Of a DNA stretch of 64,000 bases, positions 56,837-64,000 are shown one piece after another. The DNA lies in NCBI GenBank assembly GCA_963783155.1, contig CAWANC010000018.1:237209-301208 (forward strand). Reading direction: 5' to 3'. Source of the stretch: an uncultured Acidobacteriota bacterium. Lineage in GTDB: Bacteria > Acidobacteriota > Terriglobia > UBA7540. The translations under genes were made by a program, and so were the position numbers. The notes below the pieces were generated by a model. The model worked only from the letters and a program-made list of their open reading frames with translations. It was not told the origin of the DNA and made no database searches. Within the stretch, counting starts at the first letter, position 1, and every line of letters starts with the position of its first letter.

Positions 56837-58069
56837 ATGGAAATTGTTGTCATTGGCTTGAATCACAGCACGGCCAGCCTAGAGCTGCGAGAACGCTTGT
56901 CATTCAACAAAGAACAGGCAAGCGAGGTCTCCACGCAGATCCTGGCCCACGGCTTGATGAACGAGGTCCTCATTCTCTCCACTTGTAACCGCACGGAGCT
57001 TTATGGCGTCCCCGACAGATGGACGGGGAATCGAACGGACCTGCTGGAAAACTTCCTGATGTCTTACCACAAGGTGCAGCCCGAAAATGTGAATGGGTCG
57101 CTCTACAAGCACACGGATCGGGATGCCGTGCGGCACATCTATCGAGTTGCCTCCGGTCTGGACTCGATGATGCTGGGGGAAGCTGAAATTCTGGGCCAGG
57201 TCCGCACCGCTTACACGAACGCCTACAAGCTTGGCGTTACAGGCCGGGTCCTGAATCGAATGTTTCAGTCCGCCATCGAAGTGGGCAAGCGGGTTCGGAC
57301 TGATACCGGAATTGGTGTGCGTCCCATGTCGGTGGCCTTTGCCGGGGTGAAGCTCGCAGAGAAGGCCCTCACTTCGCTCAAGGACCGGCGGGGTTTGATC
57401 CTGGGGGCCGGAGTGACCAGCGAGAGGGTTCTGCGGCACTTGTGTGACCGCGGAATGCAGCAGATCCGCCTTCTGAATCGCAGCGCCGACCACGCCGAAA
57501 CCCTGGCGATCCGGTATGGTTGTGAAGTCGTACCCTGGGAAAACCTCGGGAAGAGCCTGGATTGGCCGGACCTGGTGGTGACTTCTATCGCCAGCTCTGA
57601 ACCGGTGTTGACTCGGGAGATGCTGCAAAAGAACATGGCGAAGCGGAAAAACCGGACCCTGGTGCTGGTGGATCTGGGCGTCCCGCGCAACATCGCTCCC
57701 AGCGTGGGAGACCTTAAGAATGTCTGCCTCTACAATATCGATGACCTGAATGAGATCGTTTTGCAGAACCTGAAGGCCCGGGAACAGGAGGTTCCGCGGG
57801 CTGAAGAGATCGTTGAGGAACACATCGAGGATTTTGTGCGCTGGCAAGCCGGCGTTTCCGCCTGTTCCATCCTCAAGGACCTTCGCGCCGGGCCCCAGAT
57901 TGACCGCGATTCGTTCCTGCGCAAGCACCTGGACGCCATGTCGCATTATTCCGATCAGGAACTCGCTTATGTGATGGAGCTGCTGAAGAAATTTCTGGAC
58001 GGCGCCACCCCGAAAACGGCGGGGACCCGCAGGACGAACTTGATATGCGGAACAAGGTCCAGGCCCTGA
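56837..58069 (+). CDS. hemA: Glutamyl-tRNA reductase
   Basis: From ATG 56837: MEIVVIGLNHSTASLELRERLSF......EVLILSTCNRTELY......HIYRVASGLDSMMLGEAEILGQV..A is canonical HemA, with an NADPH-binding GAGVTSE region. Confidence 0.93.
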   Translation: MEIVVIGLNHSTASLELRERLSFNKEQASEVSTQILAHGLMNEVLILSTCNRTELYGVPDRWTGNRTDLLENFLMSYHKVQPENVNGSLYKHTDRDAVRHIYRVASGLDSMMLGEAEILGQVRTAYTNAYKLGVTGRVLNRMFQSAIEVGKRVRTDTGIGVRPMSVAFAGVKLAEKALTSLKDRRGLILGAGVTSERVLRHLCDRGMQQIRLLNRSADHAETLAIRYGCEVVPWENLGKSLDWPDLVVTSIASSEPVLTREMLQKNMAKRKNRTLVLVDLGVPRNIAPSVGDLKNVCLYNIDDLNEIVLQNLKAREQEVPRAEEIVEEHIEDFVRWQAGVSACSILKDLRAGPQIDRDSFLRKHLDAMSHYSDQELAYVMELLKKFLDGATPKTAGTRRTNLICGTRSRP

Positions 58070-58217
58070 GCGCCTTCTGCACCCATTTTGACGACAACCG
58101 TGGGAGAAATTAATGGCATTGCCTGCAAGTGCGAAACTGGCTGAGCCCGCCATCGGCGTCGAGCCTGACCTTTCCCTGCGGTCAGGGCGCCCGCAGGAGG
58201 GCGCGGCGGGCTATCCG

Positions 58218-59297
58218 ATGAGTCTACGAGCATTCGTTGACCTTCTGTCGAAGAGAGGAGATCTGAAACGCATCTCCCAACCTGTCGATTGGAAAATCGA
58301 GCTTGGAGAAATTACCCGAAGCCATCGTCAGCCGCTTTTGTTCGAGAACATCAGGGATTATCCCGGCCAGCGAGTGTTCACCAACGGACTGGGCAACTTC
58401 TCCTCCACGGCGCTTGCCCTGGGGCTGCAGCCGGAAAAGGGCAGAAAGCCGGTGATGGCGGAAGCAAAGCGCAGGGTTGAAACCCCTGTGAAGCCAGTTA
58501 TGGTTGATAGCGGACCGGTGATGGAAAACATCATCGAGGGGCAGGCTGTTAACCTCTTCGATTTTCCGGTCCCCCAGTGGAGCCGGCACGACGCCGGCCG
58601 CTATATCGGAACCTGGCACGCGAATGTGACCCGTGACCCTGAAACCGGCCGCAGGAACCTTGGCGTATACCGGATGCAGCTCCTCGGACCCCGGCAGACA
58701 ACCGTCAACACCTCTTTAGCGAGCCATCTGGGCCGGCACTTTGCCCAAGCTGAGAGGATGGGCCGGCCGCTCGAAATGGCCGTTGTCATTGGCGCGCCTG
58801 AGCCGGTGGTGATGGCGGCAGGTTCCGGCTACCCGGGCGGCTGCGACGAATATGATCTGGCCGGCGGACTCTGCGGCAGCGCGGTCCCGCTGGTCAAGTG
58901 CCGGACGGTGGATCTCGAGGCGCCGGCGGAAGCGGAGATTGTCCTGGAAGGACTGATCCGGCCGGGAGTGCGGGTGCACGACGGGCCCTACTTTGACTAC
59001 GCCGGAGTGCCCACCGAAAATCCCGGCGCTTTCCTGTTTGATGTTACCTGCGTGACCTTTCGCAACCGCCCCATCTTTCGTGGAGCGGCGGTGGGCCACC
59101 CTGGCGCAGAGGACCAGCAACTTTTTGCCTTCCTGGCGGCCGTCGGACTTTTTGACTTTCATGATTCGCGTCCGCGGCACTGGATTCAGAGCGGGTTGAT
59201 CGAGCGGCGGCTCTTCCGGCTGTTTCAGTCGGCGGGCAGAGCTCATGCTCCGGCTTTCCTGCGCCGCGCGGCGAAGCGGCTGGGCATGGCCCGCTGA
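58218..59297 (+). CDS. UbiD-family (prFMN-dependent) decarboxylase-like protein, short (about 360 aa; possibly 3'-truncated)
   Basis: MSLRAFVDLLSKRGDLKRISQPVDWKIELGEITR....PLLFENIRDYPG.RVFTN......ALALG, GTWHANVTRDPETGRRNLGVYRMQL and DGPYFDYAG are UbiD-type motifs. The last 45 aa or so are Arg-rich and unlike the family. Confidence 0.7.
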   Translation: MSLRAFVDLLSKRGDLKRISQPVDWKIELGEITRSHRQPLLFENIRDYPGQRVFTNGLGNFSSTALALGLQPEKGRKPVMAEAKRRVETPVKPVMVDSGPVMENIIEGQAVNLFDFPVPQWSRHDAGRYIGTWHANVTRDPETGRRNLGVYRMQLLGPRQTTVNTSLASHLGRHFAQAERMGRPLEMAVVIGAPEPVVMAAGSGYPGGCDEYDLAGGLCGSAVPLVKCRTVDLEAPAEAEIVLEGLIRPGVRVHDGPYFDYAGVPTENPGAFLFDVTCVTFRNRPIFRGAAVGHPGAEDQQLFAFLAAVGLFDFHDSRPRHWIQSGLIERRLFRLFQSAGRAHAPAFLRRAAKRLGMAR

Positions 59298-59392
59298 ACT
59301 TTGTCGAGTCAGCAATGGCCTCCGGGCGCGTTAGCCCGGCATCCGCCAATCCGGCCGCCTGATTTCATCCTGCAAACCAGGAAGCGACTTTC

Positions 59393-60325
59393 TTGCCATC
59401 AACCATGCCAAATCCGGAAACAACGGTGGGGATCCTTTATTGCGGCGACATGGGATCCGCTTTCGGGAAGTTGCTGCGCGAGGGTGGCCTGCGCGTGGTG
59501 ACCACTTGTGAAGGCCGCAGCCGCGCCACGCAGGAGCAAGCCCAGGCCTCAGGATTCGAGATACTCCCGAGTCTTGATGATGTGGTGGCCCAAAGCCACT
59601 TTGTTTTTTCGCTTGTCCTTCCTTCAGCAGCCGTCGATGTGGCGCAGCAATATCTCAGCCGCCACCAGATGCGTCCCGAAGGCAGCGTTTTTGTGGAGGC
59701 CAACTCCATTGGACTGGACACCCTTTGCGAGATCGAACGCCTGATGGCCGCGCGGAATGTCCCCTTGGTGGACGCGACGTTTAACGGTTCGGCTCACCGT
59801 CTGCAAGACCACGCTGTGTTGCACCTGAGCGGGCCCGAGGCCCAAAGCGTCGCGTCCATCTGTAAAGATCTTGTGCGCGTGAACCTGCTGGGCGCGCGGG
59901 TTGGATCGGCAAGCCTGACGAAGCTGATGATGTCGGTGCTGGCCAAGGGCCTGGCCGGCCTTTTCCTGGAGGTGGGGGTACTGGCCGAGAGGGCGGAGAT
60001 GCTGGAGTCTTTCCTCGGGAGCTGCCGCCTCTTTTACCCGGATATTCTGGCTGCCGCTGAGCGCATGCTGCCCACCTATCCCCGCCATGCAGCACGGCGC
60101 CTGGGAGAGATGCGCGACATCGAGCAACTGGGGCGCGCCTATCGGTTGAAGCTGGGCATGACCCACGAGGCCGGGGGGTGGATCCGGCGCATTGCCGGTA
60201 TCCCGTGGGTCGAAAAGATGTTGAAAGGTCCGGCTGATATGCCGACCGTCATAAAATTTGTTGAGAAAGCTTGTTCGATTGAGGGCTTAGGGTCCCAAAA
60301 AGAAAGAATTGGAGGTTCGCTATGA
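59393..60325 (+). CDS. NAD(P)-binding dehydrogenase (6-PGDH-like NAD-binding domain + DUF1932-like C-terminus)
   Basis: VGILYCGDMGSAFGKLL is a Rossmann GxGxxG variant, followed by a helical C-terminal half (ASLTKLMMSVLAKGLAGLFLEVGVLAERAEM). The start is TTG 59393 or ATG 59405. Confidence 0.6.
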   Translation: MPSTMPNPETTVGILYCGDMGSAFGKLLREGGLRVVTTCEGRSRATQEQAQASGFEILPSLDDVVAQSHFVFSLVLPSAAVDVAQQYLSRHQMRPEGSVFVEANSIGLDTLCEIERLMAARNVPLVDATFNGSAHRLQDHAVLHLSGPEAQSVASICKDLVRVNLLGARVGSASLTKLMMSVLAKGLAGLFLEVGVLAERAEMLESFLGSCRLFYPDILAAAERMLPTYPRHAARRLGEMRDIEQLGRAYRLKLGMTHEAGGWIRRIAGIPWVEKMLKGPADMPTVIKFVEKACSIEGLGSQKERIGGSL

Positions 60326-61143
60326 TTTCACAAACACCAAAATCCGCCAGTATCCATCCAGGTCCAGGCTTTCGCGTTCGTAAGAATTTCACCCGGCTGG
60401 ACCCGGTATTGATGAGCCAGTTTCTGGAATACGAGGTGCCCGACATTTCGGACTCTCTCAACCGGCTCTACGCACTGGATGCCGCGATCACGTGCCAGAC
60501 CGACAAACGCCATCGGCTGTGCGGACCGGCGTGCACTGTCCACGTGTTTCCCGGCGACAACCTGATGGTCCACAAGGCGCTGGATATTGCAAAGCCCAAC
60601 GACATTGTTATGGTGGATGCCCATGGCATCCGCGGCACGAATGCTGTGCTGGGCGACATCGTTTGCACGAAGGCAAGGCATCGTGGAATCGCAGGCTTCA
60701 TTGTTGACGGTCTGGTGCGCGACATGCCGGGCATCGAGGACCTGGACTTCCCCGTCTTCGCGCGTGGGACGACGCCCGTCGGCCCGTTGCACCGAGGTCC
60801 TGGCGAAATCAACTGCCCCATTTCCTGCGGCGGCGTAGTGGTGAACCCTGGCGATGTGGTGGTTGCCGACGTTTCGGGAATCGTCATCGTGCCCCGTGAA
60901 TGGGTGGAAGATACCCTGCACAGGCTCGAGGCCCACAAAGCTCATCAGGAAAAGTACCTGGCGGCCGTGCGCAGGGGCGAGTTTTCGAACGCCTGGGTGG
61001 ACGACATGTTGATAGCACTGGATTGTCTGATCAATGACGACGGGATGGAAACCAACGTGGATCCCGTTCCCTCAGGTGTTCTTCCCCTGGCCAATGGCAG
61101 TGGCCGCACGGTTGAACGCGCTGATCTGCAGAAGGGAGTTTAG
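60322..61143 (+). CDS. RraA-family protein (HMG/CHA aldolase / oxaloacetate decarboxylase-like)
   Basis: GDNLMVHKALDIAKPNDIVMVDA.......AVLGDIVCTKARHRGIAGFIVDGLVRDMPGIEDLDFPVFARGTTPVGP...GPGEIN.PISCGGVVVNPGDVVVADVSGIVIVP is the canonical RraA-like core. Confidence 0.85.
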   Translation: MISQTPKSASIHPGPGFRVRKNFTRLDPVLMSQFLEYEVPDISDSLNRLYALDAAITCQTDKRHRLCGPACTVHVFPGDNLMVHKALDIAKPNDIVMVDAHGIRGTNAVLGDIVCTKARHRGIAGFIVDGLVRDMPGIEDLDFPVFARGTTPVGPLHRGPGEINCPISCGGVVVNPGDVVVADVSGIVIVPREWVEDTLHRLEAHKAHQEKYLAAVRRGEFSNAWVDDMLIALDCLINDDGMETNVDPVPSGVLPLANGSGRTVERADLQKGV

Positions 61144-61145
61144 CA

Positions 61146-62243
61146 TTGTCTGCAACGGCGAGTTTGCTGCAGTTCTACGGTTATGCCATCCGGGCAAAGC
61201 GCTTGCTGGGCAGGGCCCGGGCGCAATCGCTCCAGGTGAAAATTCACCGCTCGCGTTTTTATGAGGATGCCTGGCGTGAGGCAGCGGGCGAACTGGGTGC
61301 GGAGTTCGAGGTGATGGGCGGAGGAATCCTCAAGATCAGCCGCGACGGAGCCAGCATCCGCGTCCACACCAACTTCACGCCGCTGGACGATCCCGTCACG
61401 TTGCAGGTGGCGCTCAACAAGCTGATGGTCCTGGGCATGCTCCGTTCGAACGGTTTGCCGACGCCGGACCATGCTGCGTTTTCTTTGAACAGCCTGGACA
61501 AGGCGTTTCAATTCCTCGCCGGGCACACCAGGTGCGTTGTGAAGCCGGCGGAAGGCACGGACGGGGGGTGTGGCGTTACCACGGGGATCGAAACGCGTTC
61601 CCAACTGATCCGGGCGGCGGCGCGGGCTGCCGGTTACTCCCCAAAGCTGCTTGTGGAAGAACAGGTGGAGGGCGACATCATTCGCCTGCTTTATCTCGAT
61701 GGGCAACTGCTGGATGCCGTGAAACGAAGCTCACCCACAGTCATTGGAGATGGAAAGTCGAGGATTTCTCAGTTGGTTTTTGGCCTGAACCAGAAACGGA
61801 TTGAGGCGGGCTACGGGCTGGCGCAGGTCACCCTGAAGTCTGACCTGGATATGGAACGGACCCTGGCGCAACAGGGGCTTTCACGTCGGTCCATTCCGGC
61901 CAGGGGCCGGCGGGTCAAGCTGAAGAGCGTTGTCAATGACAACATGGCTGACGAAAATGTGTCGGTTGCCGGTGAGATTTCCGAGAGCATCGTAGACGCA
62001 GGCCGCCGGGCGGCGGAACTGGTAGGGAGCCGGCTCGCCGGCGTTGACGTCATTACGCCCAACATCGGCCAGGGACTTGAGGAAGCGGGCGGCAAGATCC
62101 TGGAAGTTAACACCACGCCCGGATATCACTACCATTATTTCAAGCGGGATGGAGCCTGCCGTGTAGCGGTTCCCATTCTGAGGACGTGTCTGGAGCACGC
62201 TCGCGAAGGCAAGCCTGTTGTAAAGCAGTACGCCAGGATTTGA
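61146..62243 (+). CDS. ATP-grasp ligase resembling the N-terminal ATP-grasp module of cyanophycin synthetase
   Basis: VVKPAEGTDGGCGVTTGI, LLVEEQVEGDIIRLLYLDGQLLDAV.R..PTVIGDGKSRISQLV, GVDVITPNI......GGKILEVNTTPG. TTG start one codon after the upstream stop. Confidence 0.65.
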   Translation: MSATASLLQFYGYAIRAKRLLGRARAQSLQVKIHRSRFYEDAWREAAGELGAEFEVMGGGILKISRDGASIRVHTNFTPLDDPVTLQVALNKLMVLGMLRSNGLPTPDHAAFSLNSLDKAFQFLAGHTRCVVKPAEGTDGGCGVTTGIETRSQLIRAAARAAGYSPKLLVEEQVEGDIIRLLYLDGQLLDAVKRSSPTVIGDGKSRISQLVFGLNQKRIEAGYGLAQVTLKSDLDMERTLAQQGLSRRSIPARGRRVKLKSVVNDNMADENVSVAGEISESIVDAGRRAAELVGSRLAGVDVITPNIGQGLEEAGGKILEVNTTPGYHYHYFKRDGACRVAVPILRTCLEHAREGKPVVKQYARI

Positions 62244-62329
62244 CACCTTTACACCTCTGCTGCCTGCTTGGATATAAGTTTCGGCCTTACGCCTTAGGAT
62301 ATTTTCGAATTCGACTAAGGAGTTTCACC

Positions 62330-63322
62330 ATGAACAACAAAATGGTCAATTTCGATCCTGCCCAGTACGCTGAGGCCTTTGCCCGGGATGGATACGTCCA
62401 CATTCCCCAGGGGGTGACCGAGGAATTCCACGCAAAGCTGGCGAAGCATGTGGACGAGAACTTTCGTGCCCTCACCATGAAAGATTTCGCCATTGGCGAC
62501 AAGCAACAGGCCAAATATGAGTTTCCTGATGACGGAGATTATGTGCAGGAATTCTTTGATGCCGTTGGAAAGGTTTGTGGTTTCAAGCCGGGTGAGCTGG
62601 TCCTTTCCGAACGGCACATCAAGGCCTACGACGCAGACGCTGATCCTGATCCTCACGCGCACAAAGACCGATTCGCGTCGCAAATTTCCGTGGGCATCTC
62701 CGTTCACGTTCAAAAAGGGTCGACGCTGGTGCTCTACCCCTACGACAAGACGGAGGTCAACCCTTTCAATACTTCCAGGCGGCTGCGCGCCAGCCTTTCG
62801 CCCGAACAATATCCGGAACCAGGGTTCAAAAGCATGCGCCGTGTTGAGATCCAGGATTCGCCGCGTGACGTCATCATATTCCGTGGCCATAGCACCTGGC
62901 ACCTGCGGAAAAATGCCGCGCTGACCACCATGCTGTATCTGAAGCTGAACGCCTTCAACTGTGACCCCCTCGGTGAAGACCCGTACACCGGGCGGCACCG
63001 CGAGCAAACACAGCAGGCTATCGCCATGGACGACGGGCAGCTTGGGCAGTGGACTCCACTGATCGGCCGGCGAGTCGATTACATCCACCGGTACTACAAC
63101 CGCGACTGGAAAGAAGTTCTCGGTGTGGTGCTGTGGAATGAGAACCACTTCACGATTGATGACCAGGAATTCGCCTTGTTAAAGGCAGTGGATGGAAAGA
63201 GCAAATTGGAAACCATCCTTGTCAATATGAATGCCAACGGGGACAAGGGAGAAGTGTTGCAGAAGGTCCGCCGATTGGCGGATCGCGGCATCATCGACTT
63301 AATCAAACAGGATAACCTTTGA
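62330..63322 (+). CDS. Fe(II)/2-oxoglutarate-oxygenase-like (cupin) protein with C-terminal PqqD/RRE-like winged-helix domain
   Basis: ATG 62330 after TAAGGAG. A putative facial triad is formed by H-A-H-K-D (62654-62668) with a distal RGHSTWH. The C-terminal 58 aa HFTIDDQEFALLKAVDGKSKLETILVNMNANGDKGEVLQKVRRLADRGIIDLI match the PqqD-like pattern. The upstream part of the track ORF (62186..) is non-protein-like. Confidence 0.5.
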   Translation: MNNKMVNFDPAQYAEAFARDGYVHIPQGVTEEFHAKLAKHVDENFRALTMKDFAIGDKQQAKYEFPDDGDYVQEFFDAVGKVCGFKPGELVLSERHIKAYDADADPDPHAHKDRFASQISVGISVHVQKGSTLVLYPYDKTEVNPFNTSRRLRASLSPEQYPEPGFKSMRRVEIQDSPRDVIIFRGHSTWHLRKNAALTTMLYLKLNAFNCDPLGEDPYTGRHREQTQQAIAMDDGQLGQWTPLIGRRVDYIHRYYNRDWKEVLGVVLWNENHFTIDDQEFALLKAVDGKSKLETILVNMNANGDKGEVLQKVRRLADRGIIDLIKQDNL

Positions 63323-63350
63323 CCGGCCGTCATTTTTGACAGGGACCCCA

Positions 63351-64000
63351 ATGACCACAACTATCACGTTACCGCAGAGTCCAAAAGTGACAACACAAGT
63401 GGCAGCAGAAAAGCCGCTTCCACCCGCAATTCTCTTTGGGGGATTTTTCCAGGCCTTCCAGGTGGTGGAGAGCCTGGCGGCCAGATCCATTCCAGTCTAC
63501 GTTCTCAATAACCGTTGGTCCGAGGCGCGGTTCAGCCGCTTTGCCCGGGCGATTCGCCTGCCCAAAAATGTGCCCTACGCCGAGGCGGCGGTGGAGTTCC
63601 TGACCGGGCACGACTCCGATGAGCTGGAAGGAAGCGTGCTGCTGGCGGCCGGGGACCAGGAACTTGAGATCATGAACACCCACCGGGAAGCGCTGGAGAA
63701 AAAGTACCGGCTTGACCTGTCAAATCCGGTCGCCCAGCGAACAATGCTGGATAAGCTGGCCACGTACAAAGCGGCAAAAGAAGCCGGGGTGCCTGCGCCG
63801 AAGTTCTGGGAAGTTCGATCGGAAGAAGAAATACACCGTCTGAGCGAGGAGTTTGTTTATCCGATCATCGTCAAGCCCACCCTTTCTCACGTGTTTCGGG
63901 TGAAGTTCCAACGGAAGTTTTTTGTGGCTGAAAATTTCCAGCAGCTTCTTGAGAGCTATCGCCTTGCTGACGGCGCCGGCATGGAAGTGGTGCTGATGGA
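63351..64000 (+). CDS. ATP-grasp-type carboxylate-amine ligase (COG3919-like), N-terminal part; continues beyond window end
   Basis: Absent from the ORF track because it is open-ended. Hand translation from ATG 63351 has no stop to 64000: MTTTITLPQSP...AILFGGFFQAFQVVESLAARSIPVYVL...DKLATYKAAKEAGVPAPKFWEV.SEEEI....EFVYPIIVKPT.SHVF.... Confidence 0.6.
   Translation, partial: MTTTITLPQSPKVTTQVAAEKPLPPAILFGGFFQAFQVVESLAARSIPVYVLNNRWSEARFSRFARAIRLPKNVPYAEAAVEFLTGHDSDELEGSVLLAAGDQELEIMNTHREALEKKYRLDLSNPVAQRTMLDKLATYKAAKEAGVPAPKFWEVRSEEEIHRLSEEFVYPIIVKPTLSHVFRVKFQRKFFVAENFQQLLESYRLADGAGMEVVLM

Noticed and set aside
1-64000. Search by eye for rRNA, tRNA, CRISPR arrays, transposases, integrases and long direct or inverted repeats
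   Set aside because: None was recognised. Intergenic regions are short, and the only repeats are the small in-frame tandem repeats listed. A tRNAscan, Infernal, CRISPR or IS search is still needed to exclude small RNA genes.

Overview
High-GC (about 60%) bacterial chromosomal segment. The gene content (Tat-signal amidase, ASST-like propeller, large TPR protein, sigma-54-type regulators, a very large EPS locus) is reminiscent of soil Acidobacteriota-like organisms, but the taxon is inference only. Layout: (i) 1-17.8 kb holds mostly minus-strand housekeeping and metabolic genes (PaiB, TPR protein, acyl-CoA dehydrogenase, ASST-like protein, RNase HI, zinc-ribbon protein, CYTH, ilvD, amidase, Ada/Ogt, Gfo/Idh/MocA oxidoreductase, CADD-like diiron enzyme). 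It also holds a small AT-rich insertion carrying a HEPN-like ORF fused onto a decayed mazF. (ii) 18.0-23.0 kb is a minus-strand rsbR-rsbS-rsbT-rsbX stressosome module. It is followed by a histidine kinase with an RsbU_N-like N-terminus, a NarL-type response regulator and a REC-only protein. (iii) 23.7-26.9 kb has two paralogous sigma-54-activator-like proteins that lack GAFTGA; each is preceded by a near-identical -24/-12-type motif. (iv) 26.9-55.7 kb is a plus-strand Wzx/Wzy-type exopolysaccharide locus of about 29 kb. It contains a UpxY-like antiterminator, Wza, Wzc, a priming transferase with a degenerate GGDEF-like domain, a diacetamido-sugar triad, DUF354, GT2s, a YdjC-like deacetylase, two FemAB-like proteins, a Cys-less AsnB-like protein, Wzy, Wzx, WecB, a beta-helix protein and a CapK/PaaK-like protein. 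(v) hemB, hemA and a short UbiD-like gene follow. (vi) 59.4-64.0 kb is an uncharacterised cluster, cut by the window end, with two ATP-grasp ligases and a 2OG-oxygenase-like protein carrying a PqqD/RRE-like tail. I recognised no rRNA, tRNA, CRISPR array or transposase. At least nine apparent single-base frameshifts interrupt otherwise intact genes between 3.9 and 44.2 kb.
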